Part shown: one piece after another, positions 1 through 8,593 of the stretch
Layout: each line of letters opens with the position of its first letter
How positions within the stretch are numbered: the stretch's first letter is position 1
Source: a virus
Lineage: Duplodnaviria; Caudoviricetes
Strand: one strand, 5' to 3'
Virus record (IMG/VR): IMGVR_UViG_3300042868_004434
Span: 1-54,314 of that record
Length of the DNA stretch: 54,314 bases
Made by a program: the position numbers and the translations under genes
Notes under the pieces: model-generated
What the model saw: the letters and a program-made list of their open reading frames with translations, nothing else
Told to the model about the DNA's origin: nothing
Databases searched by the model: none

Positions 1-1
1 C

Positions 2-604
2 CTGCCAGCGCAGTGTTTTCGTATCCGGTCTGGGTGTGTTCGGTACTTGTTGTTGCGTTTGTACCACCTCTTCCTGCTCTTGTAAAGAGGTTGGGCGGAA
101 TTTTTTAGCCTCGGCCGCACGAATCTTTGCATCGAACAGGGCTTCTTGTGCCTCCACAATAGCCTCGTTATCGAACGCATCCTGCGCTTCCCGCAACGCT
201 CGTTTGGCTTTCTCTACTGCGGAATCCGCAATAGTCAGGGCCTGCTCCACGTACTGCTTGCTGCCGCTGTCCACCACCGCGCGCAACTGGCGATTCTCGT
301 CTAGTAGCTGCTTGGCCGCGCGCTCCAGCTCCGCCTTTTCGCGCTCGATAAGTTCTTTGGCCCGTCGCTCGTCGTGGCGTGCGTGGGTCAGTTCTTTGAT
401 GCGGCCCTGCACTTTGTCGGAGTACGACTCCAGCTCGGCTTCGTCCGGGTCAGTTACTTCCTTGTCCAGTGGGCGACGGCCTTTGTCCTGCGCGGGCGTG
501 TCGTCGAGCACTTCAATTTCAAAGTCCTCGTCCTTGCCGGTGTCCGCGCCTACGGCTTTTGCCTCTTTCTCGTCTGGAAATTCAAATTCGTCTTTCACTG
601 CCAT
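2..604 (-). CDS. Putative capsid scaffolding protein (partial; runs off the left edge)
   Basis: Read by hand, not in the ORF track: ATG at 604 after GTAGGAGG; MAVKDEFEFPDEKE...VQGRIKELTHARHDERRAKE... Acidic N-terminus then coiled coil; lies downstream of portal and GroES where scaffolds sit. Confidence 0.6.
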   Translation of the reverse strand, partial: MAVKDEFEFPDEKEAKAVGADTGKDEDFEIEVLDDTPAQDKGRRPLDKEVTDPDEAELESYSDKVQGRIKELTHARHDERRAKELIEREKAELERAAKQLLDENRQLRAVVDSGSKQYVEQALTIADSAVEKAKRALREAQDAFDNEAIVEAQEALFDAKIRAAEAKKFRPTSLQEQEEVVQTQQQVPNTPRPDTKTLRWQ

Positions 605-605
605 A

Positions 606-1046
606 TCAGCCTCCTACTCTGCTAATGCCGCGTGGGTCAGCCACGACTGCTTCGACTTGATCGTCGTTCAAGATACGCATTTCTTTGTCAAAAATCTTGA
701 AGCGGGTGCCTGCATACGTGCGCACCAAAATGAAATCGCCTGCCTTGCACCAAGGGCCGGATGGGAACTTCTTCCCATCCTTATAGGCATCGGGGCCCAC
801 GGCCAGAACGAACAACACCGCAGTGGCGTGCTCTTCCTGTTTGATGTAGTTGTCCGCGCGCACGATGCCTGTTTCGCCAAAGGTCTTAGCTACTTCAGGT
901 AACGCACACAGAATCTTGTACCCCTGCGGCTGCGGCAGGTACGTAGCTTTTTCACCGTCGGTCACACCCTCGTCGGGTGCTTCTTTTGGGGCAATCCCGG
1001 GTGGCAGGGCCAGCCCGGGCGGTAGGATAATTTCACTCTTCGTCAT
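606..1046 (-). CDS. groES: Phage co-chaperonin GroES (Cpn10-like)
   Basis: PQGYKIL...GIV...VLAVGPDAY...KAGDFIL..YAGT.F....MRILNDDQVEAVV matches the Cpn10 pattern. Confidence 0.85.
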   Translation of the reverse strand: MTKSEIILPPGLALPPGIAPKEAPDEGVTDGEKATYLPQPQGYKILCALPEVAKTFGETGIVRADNYIKQEEHATAVLFVLAVGPDAYKDGKKFPSGPWCKAGDFILVRTYAGTRFKIFDKEMRILNDDQVEAVVADPRGISRVGG

Positions 1047-1236
1047 CTTGAGATACTTTCTGTAGCAGGGCCATTAAATGTTCCTCTGCCCGCGCTAGGC
1101 CCCGTATCACGCCGCAGAGTTCTCGATAAGCTTCAAAGGACTTACATTGGCCGTTGGCCAAGTCGTCCGCGTAGTTGTTCATGTCCTTACGGATGCTTTT
1201 ACGCAGTGCATCGGCAAACTGTTGTGTTTCGGTCAT
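1033..1236 (-). CDS. Small hypothetical protein of the head module
   Basis: 67 aa, overlaps both neighbours; LANG...SFEAYRELCGVIRGL motif. Confidence 0.7.
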   Translation of the reverse strand: MTETQQFADALRKSIRKDMNNYADDLANGQCKSFEAYRELCGVIRGLARAEEHLMALLQKVSQDDEE

Positions 1237-3665
1237 TCTTTACTCCCGGGTTGGTTTTGTTGTGCCGCCGCCCGTTGCTGTGCAAGTAGCTGCGCTTGGT
1301 GTTTGGCCACGTCTACGCCCGTTTGCACGCCCGCGCGTTCTTGCTCGGACTTTATCCTTGCGTGATCTGTCATTACTTTGGCAGACAGTGCGTCTTTGCG
1401 CAGCTCCAAGTCGTCCTTTTTGGCGGCTAGGTCTCCGATGACCTTCATGCTCTTCAACTGTATCTCTTTGTCCTTTTGGTCGAGCTCCTGCTTCTGCATC
1501 TGCAGTACGGGGTCTTGTGCATCTTGCTCGGCCTTCTTGCGCGCTTGCTCTTGCTGCGACTGCTGCAATACCTGCTGTCCGGCCTGCGCCATCATCTGTG
1601 CCAACTGGTGCTCCATCTCTGGGCTCAGCGGCTTGCCGTCTTGCGGCAGCGCCATGCCCAACTGCTGCTCAATGCGCTGGCGGTACGCAAAGCCTGCGTG
1701 CTCCGCAATATGCGCCATCATGGCCGCTTGGATCATCGGGGCCCGGGGGTTCTGGCCCACCAGCTGCATGATGATCGGGTCTTGCATAGCCGACATGTGC
1801 ACCTGTATGTGCGCGTCGTGGTTCTGATTCTGGAACGCCTTGACCGGCTCACCTTTGAGCGCGGCCATGTTCTCGGACACCGGGTCTTTGGGTTTGGCAT
1901 CGTCGGGCAGCGGTAGTATTTTGTCTGCATTCTTGATGCCCAGCACGCCCAGCATCTGTCGATGTAGCTGTGGGAGGTCATAAATGTCCGGTGCCATCTG
2001 GGCCAGCTGCACCACAGCCTGATACTGCACAACCCGCTGACTCATGGTCGCCGCGTTGGGGTCGCTCACCGGGATAATGTCTACGTGCTCGTAGTCGGTC
2101 TTCTTGGCATGGCGGTTGACCTCACCAGTGGGGTCATACTCATAGTCGTCCTCGGTGTAATCGCGGATAATGCCTGCCAACAGTCGCAGCTCCTGCTTCA
2201 TGCTGTAGTGCATGCGCGCTTGCACGGCCGACATCACCTTCAACTGGCGCTCAAGCAAAGCCAGTGTTGTGCCCACCGGGGCCTGCGCCGACATGTCCGA
2301 CACCTTCATATCCGCCGTGGCAGCAAACCTGCGCCCCTCTTCCACAATGGTTCCAAGCAACTGGAACAGCACCATCGAAGGCTCTTTGTAAGGTAGCGGT
2401 AATATATTGTCGCGCAGTGCACCGGAACCGATGTCCACGTCACGGAACTCGCCCGGACTGATCGGGGTGTCGTCCCCTTTAATACGCAGGCCACGGGATT
2501 TCAGTCCGCCGGGCAGGTTGCTCAACGTCCCCGCATCCACCAACTGACGCATGATGCTTGTTGCGCTAGTGGCAAACCCGCCGATCAGGTGGAACAGCCC
2601 GAAACCGTAGGCTCCGAACCCGGGGATGTACTGGTAGTGCACAAAATGTTGTCGTTTCAAGCGCAGTGGGTCGCGCTCGTCCCAGTTACGGCGGATAGAC
2701 AGCACCTCGCTGGTGCCTTTGATCAACGTAACAACGTACGGCAGCGCAATCCCGGTTTCTTCGCCGTCGGCATCTGTGTCTTCGTACCCTTTGAGGTCTA
2801 GGTCTACGTGTACCTCATACAAAATGTGGCGCTCGTCATTCAAATCACTGAAGCCGGTCTCTTTGTCCTTGGCTTTTTTAATGTCGTCAAGGTCTGTCAA
2901 CGGGGTGTCGCTGATCTCAACGTCCTTGTAGAACCCCGCATGCTGCAATTTCTTGATGTCGTTGGTGGTTTTACGCATAACGTGCGTCAACCGGTAGCAT
3001 GTATCCAAATCCGTGGTGCCGTACGGCAGAATAATGTCCTCTGCGGGCACAAAAACCGACGTTTGACGGCCCATGCTGGGGTCGTAGTACACCTTTTTGA
3101 ACGCACTACCGGTGGCTGGCAGGCTCCAAAGCATGCGCTCGTGCTCTGGGCGGTACTCCCGCATCACGTCCGTCATCTCGTAGTTCAAGTCGTGCTCAAC
3201 ACGCTTGGCCGCAGCCTCTTTCTCGGGCGTTTCTTTGCCAACGATCTTGGTACGCACAGGGCCTTGCGCGGGGAAAGCCTCAGTGATGGCCTCCGACTGA
3301 AACCGCACAATCGCTTCGGTAATCATGGGGTGAAAAACCCCGCACGCGCCGTCCCACGGCTCAGTGCGCTCCTCATATTTAAGCCCCAGCAGTTTCAACC
3401 CGTTGGTGTAGGCCTGCTCCCAGTCCTTGCGGCTGGCAATATCCTCACCAATAGAGGCGTCTAGGTCGGAGGCCAGCGCGGTTAATGCCCGCTCATCCAT
3501 GTCTTCGGCCAAATTGGCCCCGAACTCAGGTGCCGCTACCTCAACTTCGATCTCCAGCTCGGCCCCGTCAGGGATGATCTCTACTTCAATGCCCTCCATG
3601 TCCTGCGCGGCTGCGGCGAGTCCTTGTGGTGCCTGTGTAAAGGCGCGGTCTATGTTAGTGGCCAT
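1233..3665 (-). CDS. Portal protein (podovirus/P22-like, long Gln-rich C-terminal barrel)
   Basis: 810 aa just downstream of TerL; SRKDWE..Y..GL.LLG, GSAFKKVYYD, GFGAYGFGL, APVGTTLALLE motifs; Q-rich helical tail. Confidence 0.85.
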   Translation of the reverse strand: MATNIDRAFTQAPQGLAAAAQDMEGIEVEIIPDGAELEIEVEVAAPEFGANLAEDMDERALTALASDLDASIGEDIASRKDWEQAYTNGLKLLGLKYEERTEPWDGACGVFHPMITEAIVRFQSEAITEAFPAQGPVRTKIVGKETPEKEAAAKRVEHDLNYEMTDVMREYRPEHERMLWSLPATGSAFKKVYYDPSMGRQTSVFVPAEDIILPYGTTDLDTCYRLTHVMRKTTNDIKKLQHAGFYKDVEISDTPLTDLDDIKKAKDKETGFSDLNDERHILYEVHVDLDLKGYEDTDADGEETGIALPYVVTLIKGTSEVLSIRRNWDERDPLRLKRQHFVHYQYIPGFGAYGFGLFHLIGGFATSATSIMRQLVDAGTLSNLPGGLKSRGLRIKGDDTPISPGEFRDVDIGSGALRDNILPLPYKEPSMVLFQLLGTIVEEGRRFAATADMKVSDMSAQAPVGTTLALLERQLKVMSAVQARMHYSMKQELRLLAGIIRDYTEDDYEYDPTGEVNRHAKKTDYEHVDIIPVSDPNAATMSQRVVQYQAVVQLAQMAPDIYDLPQLHRQMLGVLGIKNADKILPLPDDAKPKDPVSENMAALKGEPVKAFQNQNHDAHIQVHMSAMQDPIIMQLVGQNPRAPMIQAAMMAHIAEHAGFAYRQRIEQQLGMALPQDGKPLSPEMEHQLAQMMAQAGQQVLQQSQQEQARKKAEQDAQDPVLQMQKQELDQKDKEIQLKSMKVIGDLAAKKDDLELRKDALSAKVMTDHARIKSEQERAGVQTGVDVAKHQAQLLAQQRAAAQQNQPGSKE

Positions 3666-3666
3666 A

Positions 3667-4095
3667 TTAAACTTTCTTTGCCTTGCCGTAGCCTCTATAC
3701 CCGGTCACACGCCCGCCTTTGGAAAACATGCCTTGGCGTGCAATGGGGTTTGTTTCTTCCAGTCGGCCCATACCGCCGCCCCCTCCTCCGCCCGCCCGCC
3801 CGCTTGCGGAACGCCCTATGGCTTCCTTAATGCGTCCTGTAGCGTCAAATACGGATGGCGTTTTGCTTTTTGCGCCAGCATCTTGAATCCTTTCGGCGGC
3901 GGCGGCGTTGGCCGCTTTTTTTGCGGCGGCATACTCTAGCTTTGCCGCCGTTTTTTCCGCTTGTGTTGCGGCGGTGGCTTGCCGCTCTTGCGCTGTACGA
4001 TACTTGCGGTTCAAGTCATCTTTCTCACCGGTGTTTAGTAGGTTGCGGTCATACTGGGCTAGTGCCGCAGCTTCGAGGGTGTTTTTGGGTGCCAT
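3667..4095 (-). CDS. Basic Ala/Lys/Gly-rich hypothetical protein, possibly virion-associated
   Basis: 142 aa between terL and portal; AGGA RBS; ends FSKGGRVTGYRGYGKAKKV. Confidence 0.6.
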   Translation of the reverse strand: MAPKNTLEAAALAQYDRNLLNTGEKDDLNRKYRTAQERQATAATQAEKTAAKLEYAAAKKAANAAAAERIQDAGAKSKTPSVFDATGRIKEAIGRSASGRAGGGGGGGMGRLEETNPIARQGMFSKGGRVTGYRGYGKAKKV

Positions 4096-4103
4096 TTTTA
4101 GTC

Positions 4104-6524
4104 CTAGTAGTACGCGGCGCGTGCGCGCCTAAACAGTTGGGGTTCGTCCGGTTCGTCGGACGCAAGGCGTATTAAACCACCTTGGCGGATGCGCAGCAAT
4201 GCTTGACTCACCGTATCCACGATGTCATCGAACTCGCCATTCGGAAATTCGGCCACTTGGTCGATCACCTCTTGCGCCCACCGGGTCTCTGGGGCCCACA
4301 CCATGCCGGAGCTGAACATGTCCGCTACGGCGTTGACCCGCACTCGCTTGTCGTTGCCTCGGCTGGGCGTAAACTCGTGAATTGGTAAGCCCGTGGCCCG
4401 CATCTCCTGTATCAAGGGGGCTCCGGCGGCTTTCTTCTCAATCACCACCATGTCCGGCTCCCACTCTCGGTAGTACTCGAACGCAAACTTCTTGAGCTCG
4501 GGGAACTCCTTACGACCATACCAGCAGTCGAGTAGCATTATCTGATCTTGATTCTCTTCCTCGTTGAACCACACGCCCCATGTTGTTACTGCACTGGGGT
4601 CGGAGCTGTCATTTTTGCCGTGGGCGGTATCCCATGACTGCAGGATGATGTCGCATTTCGGAGGCTTGGCCCCGGCCCAGCGCCGCCACCATTCGCGTTT
4701 TATCAGTGCGCCCTCCTCGGAGGTGGGCTCTTGCATGTATTGGGCAGCCCAGAACTGCGGCGCCATGCCCGCTTTCTTCGCCATAAGTTGTTCTACTGGC
4801 CATTGTTCTGGCCAAAGGCTCTTGCCGGACGGCATTATCGCGGGGAAGCGTACCTCGTTCCAAGGCAAGCTGTCGGGGTTGTTCTCGGCCCACATCAACG
4901 CCCGTCCGATAGGGTCTTTCTTCCCCCAGCGCGTGTTATGGCTCACCACGCCGTTGGCTATGAAGTTCTCGGTACGCTCGACCTCCATGTCAAAAACAGG
5001 CTCGTACCCATCTTCGACAATCTCAACAATCGCATCTGGAATGGTATCGCACGTATCTTGCAGCGGCTTCAAGCACTTCTGGTGTTTTACCTCGCCCGAT
5101 AGCAAGGTTGCAGTCGTTACACAGGAGCCCTCTAACTTTGTTCGTGTCGTGACAGTGATCGACGTAGAGTTTTGGCGTTTGCCCTGCTCTTGAATTCTCT
5201 CTTGTTGGTAGTTGCCTACAGATTGCACAACAGCCCTCTTGGCTTTCGCACATAGCGTCGTAAGTTTCCGTAGAAATACCATACCGATATTTAAGGTGGC
5301 TTTCACGCTTTTGCGCATCTGTGAGACGGTACTTTCCTTCTCTCCACACTTTCTTGCCGTGGCAACTTTTGCACAGCCCTTTTGCAGAGACGGGTTCGCT
5401 ACAACCTTCCGTTGTGCATTCGACACCGCGCCACTTACCCCAATGCCCTGCGCCGCGCTGCCCGAGTCGCCCATCTGCTCGCAGTTTTCGTCCGTAGCAC
5501 AGCTTGCACAACCCCTTGGCTTTGACGGGTCGCAGGCAGCCTGCGGTTGCACAACCACTACTAGGCAATCCCCCACCTTTAGGTCTCGTACTCTCACCCA
5601 TGATCTGACTCCGTTTCGATCAACAAGAAAAGGATGTCTCTTGTTTGCACGGACGATTTTACCAGAAGTCGTTGTTATTTTGTAAACAAAATCGGAAGGA
5701 TGCTTAATCCAATTTGTTATGCGGGAGGTATTTATTATTCCGTTGTCATATGTAGCAACGGTGTCCCCTACTTGTATGTGCTGAATTTCTTTCTCAGTTT
5801 CGTCTGCCATCAACACGCGCGTTTCGGCTGTCATGCACCCAATCATGATGATCCGCCCGCCCGGCATCAAGCGCTGCAACGGGCCCACCTGCACATACTC
5901 CCACGCGGTAGCGAAGGCTTTGTCGGGGTCTCCCGCCAGTACGGCCTGCTCGGACACCAAGTCATCGGCAATCAGCAAGTGCGCGCCGCGCCCGGCCACC
6001 GAACCACCGATACCAACCGCAAGGTACATGCCGCCCTTGGTTGTCGTCCAGTCGCCCGACGCGCTCTTGTCGCGGCTCACCACGGTGTCAGGGAATATCT
6101 GGCGGTACACCTCGCTGTCGATCATGTTCCGTATCTTGCGCCCGAAGGTGGCGGACAAGTCTGCGGTGTGGGTGACCATCATGATCTGGTGGTTCGGGTG
6201 CTGCCCCAAATACCACGCTACGAACAGGTACGAGATCGTCTCAGATTTACCAAAGCGCGGGGCCATGCTGACGGTCAAGCGTAGCTCCTCCCCGGTGGCC
6301 ACCTTGTGCAGCAGTGGGCGCATGTGTTTGTGGTGGGGCCCGACCTTGAACTCCGGGTAAACACGTTTACAGAAAGCCAGAAAGTCCGTCTTGGCGTTGA
6401 GTATGGCCCGTTTGTCCTCCAGCGCCTCTAGGTCGGCTAGCAGCTGCGCCTTCTCTGCAGCGGGCATGGCGGGTAGGTTCGCCAGTAGCGCGGCTACGGC
6501 TTCGGGGGACAGGTCGTCAAGCAT
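4104..6524 (-). CDS. terL: Terminase large subunit interrupted by a 301-aa intein (mature about 505 aa)
   Basis: Walker A MAPRFGKS, Walker B LLIADD, coupling motif IG/TRW split by the intein, nuclease motifs QSWDTA and FDDIVD. Confidence 0.95.
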   Translation of the reverse strand: MLDDLSPEAVAALLANLPAMPAAEKAQLLADLEALEDKRAILNAKTDFLAFCKRVYPEFKVGPHHKHMRPLLHKVATGEELRLTVSMAPRFGKSETISYLFVAWYLGQHPNHQIMMVTHTADLSATFGRKIRNMIDSEVYRQIFPDTVVSRDKSASGDWTTTKGGMYLAVGIGGSVAGRGAHLLIADDLVSEQAVLAGDPDKAFATAWEYVQVGPLQRLMPGGRIIMIGCMTAETRVLMADETEKEIQHIQVGDTVATYDNGIINTSRITNWIKHPSDFVYKITTTSGKIVRANKRHPFLVDRNGVRSWVRVRDLKVGDCLVVVVQPQAACDPSKPRGCASCATDENCEQMGDSGSAAQGIGVSGAVSNAQRKVVANPSLQKGCAKVATARKCGEKESTVSQMRKSVKATLNIGMVFLRKLTTLCAKAKRAVVQSVGNYQQERIQEQGKRQNSTSITVTTRTKLEGSCVTTATLLSGEVKHQKCLKPLQDTCDTIPDAIVEIVEDGYEPVFDMEVERTENFIANGVVSHNTRWGKKDPIGRALMWAENNPDSLPWNEVRFPAIMPSGKSLWPEQWPVEQLMAKKAGMAPQFWAAQYMQEPTSEEGALIKREWWRRWAGAKPPKCDIILQSWDTAHGKNDSSDPSAVTTWGVWFNEEENQDQIMLLDCWYGRKEFPELKKFAFEYYREWEPDMVVIEKKAAGAPLIQEMRATGLPIHEFTPSRGNDKRVRVNAVADMFSSGMVWAPETRWAQEVIDQVAEFPNGEFDDIVDTVSQALLRIRQGGLIRLASDEPDEPQLFRRARAAYY
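4935..5837 (-). mobile_element. Intein in TerL (Cys230-Asn530, +1 residue Thr)
   Basis: Block A CMTAETRVLMAD...IQVGD.V, block B RANKRHPFL, blocks F/G EPVFDMEVERTENFIANGVVSHN followed by T; removal restores IMIG-TRWG. Confidence 0.93.
5023..5601 (-). CDS. Endonuclease VII-family homing endonuclease nested out of frame inside the intein
   Basis: 192 aa; CAIC...LYVDHCHDTNKVRGLLCNDCNLAIG Endo VII signature, LKYRYGIS motif, two N-terminal C...GC..P..AKGLC..C zinc fingers; GGAG 7 nt before the ATG. Confidence 0.9.
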   Translation of the reverse strand: MGESTRPKGGGLPSSGCATAGCLRPVKAKGLCKLCYGRKLRADGRLGQRGAGHWGKWRGVECTTEGCSEPVSAKGLCKSCHGKKVWREGKYRLTDAQKRESHLKYRYGISTETYDAMCESQEGCCAICRQLPTRENSRAGQTPKLYVDHCHDTNKVRGLLCNDCNLAIGRGKTPEVLEAAARYVRYHSRCDC

Positions 6525-7089
6525 CGCCGTCCTTGGCCTTGACTTCCAGTGTCTCTATCTCCTGCACGGGCGGGAGCATGCTGGCCAGCTTAGCGCGGAT
6601 GCGCGCTTCGATCTCGTCTGCCGATGATTCTTTGTGGGTCACTTCGACCCGGGTGGTGAAGCTGTCGATGCCGGTCAGCTTGCCGGTAAGCTCGAGCGCT
6701 TTGAGGCGTATCTTGGCGTCGGCGTGTTTGGTTTCTTCGAGGAGTTTGGCCACCACGTAGCCGCGCAGCTCCTTGGCCTGCTCGATGTATTCCCAGTCGT
6801 ATTCGGACAGCATGCCTGCTAGGTGGCGTACCGCTGGTGGGACTTTGAGCGCGAGTATCGCTTTTTGTTTTTCCGCCTCGGTCTGGGCGGGGTTGGTCAC
6901 GGCGGCGAAAGCCGAACGTGCTAGGTGAAGCTGGTCAGCTTCGATCACATCGTCACAAGACCCCAGCGATGCCATGAACTCGGCCGTGCTGGCTTGGGCG
7001 GACAGGAGCGTGGCTGTGGATGCGTCCTCCAGATCAACGAAGTCCTCGGCATCCAACTGTGCGATGTGATTAAAAATTCCGGTGCCCAT
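6517..7089 (-). CDS. Probable terminase small subunit
   Basis: Overlaps the terL start; AAAAGGA RBS before ATG 7089; C-terminal RLKALELTGK.TG..F..RVEV is typical of TerS. An in-frame ATG at 7161 is an alternative start. Confidence 0.6.
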   Translation of the reverse strand: MGTGIFNHIAQLDAEDFVDLEDASTATLLSAQASTAEFMASLGSCDDVIEADQLHLARSAFAAVTNPAQTEAEKQKAILALKVPPAVRHLAGMLSEYDWEYIEQAKELRGYVVAKLLEETKHADAKIRLKALELTGKLTGIDSFTTRVEVTHKESSADEIEARIRAKLASMLPPVQEIETLEVKAKDGDA

Positions 7090-7124
7090 ATTCCTTTTGC
7101 GCTTGTAGGGTTTAGCGTGAGCAT

Positions 7125-7153
7125 AGTGTACACTAGCTTTGCCTGTGTCGCAA
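7125..7153 (-). promoter_or_regulatory. Sigma70-like promoter for the terS-terL-portal operon
   Basis: Minus strand TTGCGA (7153-7148), 17-nt spacer, TACACT (7130-7125); the -10 lies in the palindrome TAGTGTACACTA (7124-7135). Confidence 0.55.
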
Positions 7154-7237
7154 ACGGGCATGTGTCTTTCTCCCTGATTGCCGAGGTCGCTCCCCGGTCT
7201 TTGATCCCCGACGTTGCAAGACCTCGGGGATTTTTTT
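7140..7237 (+). ncRNA. Predicted small RNA with an anti-RBS seed (UGUCUUUCUCC)
   Basis: TACACT -10 at 7129-7134 on +; 5' hairpin TGCCTGT/ACGGGCA with a G-U pair; pyrimidine linker 7163-7173; ends in a + strand intrinsic terminator; no + strand CDS here. Confidence 0.5.
7204..7237 (+). terminator. Rho-independent terminator (plus strand)
   Basis: ATCCCCGA-C-GTT-GCAA-GAC-C-TCGGGGAT stem with a GNRA loop, running into T7 (7231-7237). Confidence 0.65.
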
Positions 7238-7240
7238 GGG

Positions 7241-7870
7241 CTACTTTTTCCAATACGGGATGTATCGTTGCCAGTCTTCGGTGTCCCACCGCCTACACAG
7301 CATCTCGACACGGGCGTATTGTTTCCTTCCCAACGTTCGACGCATCTTTTCTTCGGGGCTCACGGTATTTCTTCTATTGTTGGACTGCTCCTTTCTTGTA
7401 GCCCATTTGCAATTATTGGGTTCGTAATTACCGTCATTGTCCACACGCTCTACCGTGGCCCCCTCAAACGGGGGCTCGCCCATGTCCGTCAGGAACTTTT
7501 CAAAGTCGTGCCAGCGCTCGCACACCTTTATGCCTCGGCCTCCGTAGCTACCAAAATGTGTATGCGTGTCTGCGTAGCATCTCGCTATCATCCCAGACCA
7601 GCGACTGTATATCTTTGCCTGCGGGTGTCCTTTAACGCTATATCCCTCCGAGTATTTCTGGGCTTTCTTTCCCAACCGGGTAGAGCGCGCGCAGCCACAG
7701 CTGGTGGTGTTTCCGCTCTTGAGGTGCGCTGCCCACGTAAAAAACTTTGTTCCGCATTCGCACAGGCACAGGCATCTTCGCCGGGGTACTTTCCCAACAG
7801 GTCGAACCATCCTTGTTCTAAGTACTTCTAATTTTTCAAAATTTTTTTGCAGTGTTACTGGCCTGACCAT
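7241..7870 (-). CDS. Free-standing HNH-type homing endonuclease
   Basis: [56 protein letters not shown]; TAAGGAG RBS. Confidence 0.85.
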   Translation of the reverse strand: MVRPVTLQKNFEKLEVLRTRMVRPVGKVPRRRCLCLCECGTKFFTWAAHLKSGNTTSCGCARSTRLGKKAQKYSEGYSVKGHPQAKIYSRWSGMIARCYADTHTHFGSYGGRGIKVCERWHDFEKFLTDMGEPPFEGATVERVDNDGNYEPNNCKWATRKEQSNNRRNTVSPEEKMRRTLGRKQYARVEMLCRRWDTEDWQRYIPYWKK

Positions 7871-8132
7871 ACGGACTCCTTAAAAAGTAATAGTGTTATT
7901 GTATGCTGTATTTTTTAGAAGTCAAATTGTGTTTAATTGGTCTGCGTTCCCGTCCAATAGTGTATATACGCCGCACCCACATCACTGCCCAATACTGGGC
8001 CCTCCCCCCACCGTACCCTTCGCGTATACCACAAATAGCCCCCATTTACCCCCTATTGGTAAGATTTATCTATGCATTTCATATTGATTGCATAGGTTGT
8101 CCCACCTCTTTGGGCATTGGAGATTACATATC

Positions 8133-8570
8133 ATGACTAATACATCTATCACTACTATCAAAACCATAGCAGACTTCGGCTTTGCCGCAGGGCGCAGCGA
8201 CGCAGGTATTGCACAATATGCAGCCAAGTACCATGCGCTATACATTGGCGCTGATGAAGACACGCAAGACGCTATGCGCCGGGACTACTGCCACAACTAC
8301 CTCGTGGGCAAGTACAGCTATACCCATGCGCAAGTAGCCATTATTGCTGAGACAAAACGCACAGAGCGCAGCGAGGAAGACCAGCGCGCTTGGAACAATG
8401 CGCAAAGCAACTTTAACTACCGGGTAGTAAACGACTGTGGCAACGTGGTCAAAGCGGCACACAAGCCCGTCAAGCAGGTGCGGGTAGCCAAGGACTTGCA
8501 AACGACCATCGCGGGCCTTGTAGCGCAGTTTGGCAAGGATGCTGTGCGCGAAGCTATGAAGCGTGTGTGA
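8133..8570 (+). CDS. Hypothetical protein, first gene of the early arm
   Basis: GGAG RBS, ATG 8133, 145 aa. Confidence 0.7.
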   Translation: MTNTSITTIKTIADFGFAAGRSDAGIAQYAAKYHALYIGADEDTQDAMRRDYCHNYLVGKYSYTHAQVAIIAETKRTERSEEDQRAWNNAQSNFNYRVVNDCGNVVKAAHKPVKQVRVAKDLQTTIAGLVAQFGKDAVREAMKRV

Positions 8571-8576
8571 GCTGCG

Positions 8577-8593
8577 GGTTAGAACTTCTAACC
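8577..8593. repeat. Palindrome GGTTAGAA-C-TTCTAACC, copy 1
   Basis: Perfect 8-bp inverted repeat just after a stop codon. Confidence 0.9.

Noticed and set aside
36-902. 288-aa plus-strand ORF and other long antisense ORFs (2808-3464, 14027-15040, 47634-48569)
   Set aside because: Shadows of well-supported genes on the opposite strand; Ser/Cys/Ala-rich, no motifs, no RBS.
7090-7311. N-terminal extension of the TerS ORF as listed in the track
   Set aside because: It overlaps the HNH gene, the hairpin and the predicted promoter; ATG 7089 has its own RBS (7161 is kept as an alternative).
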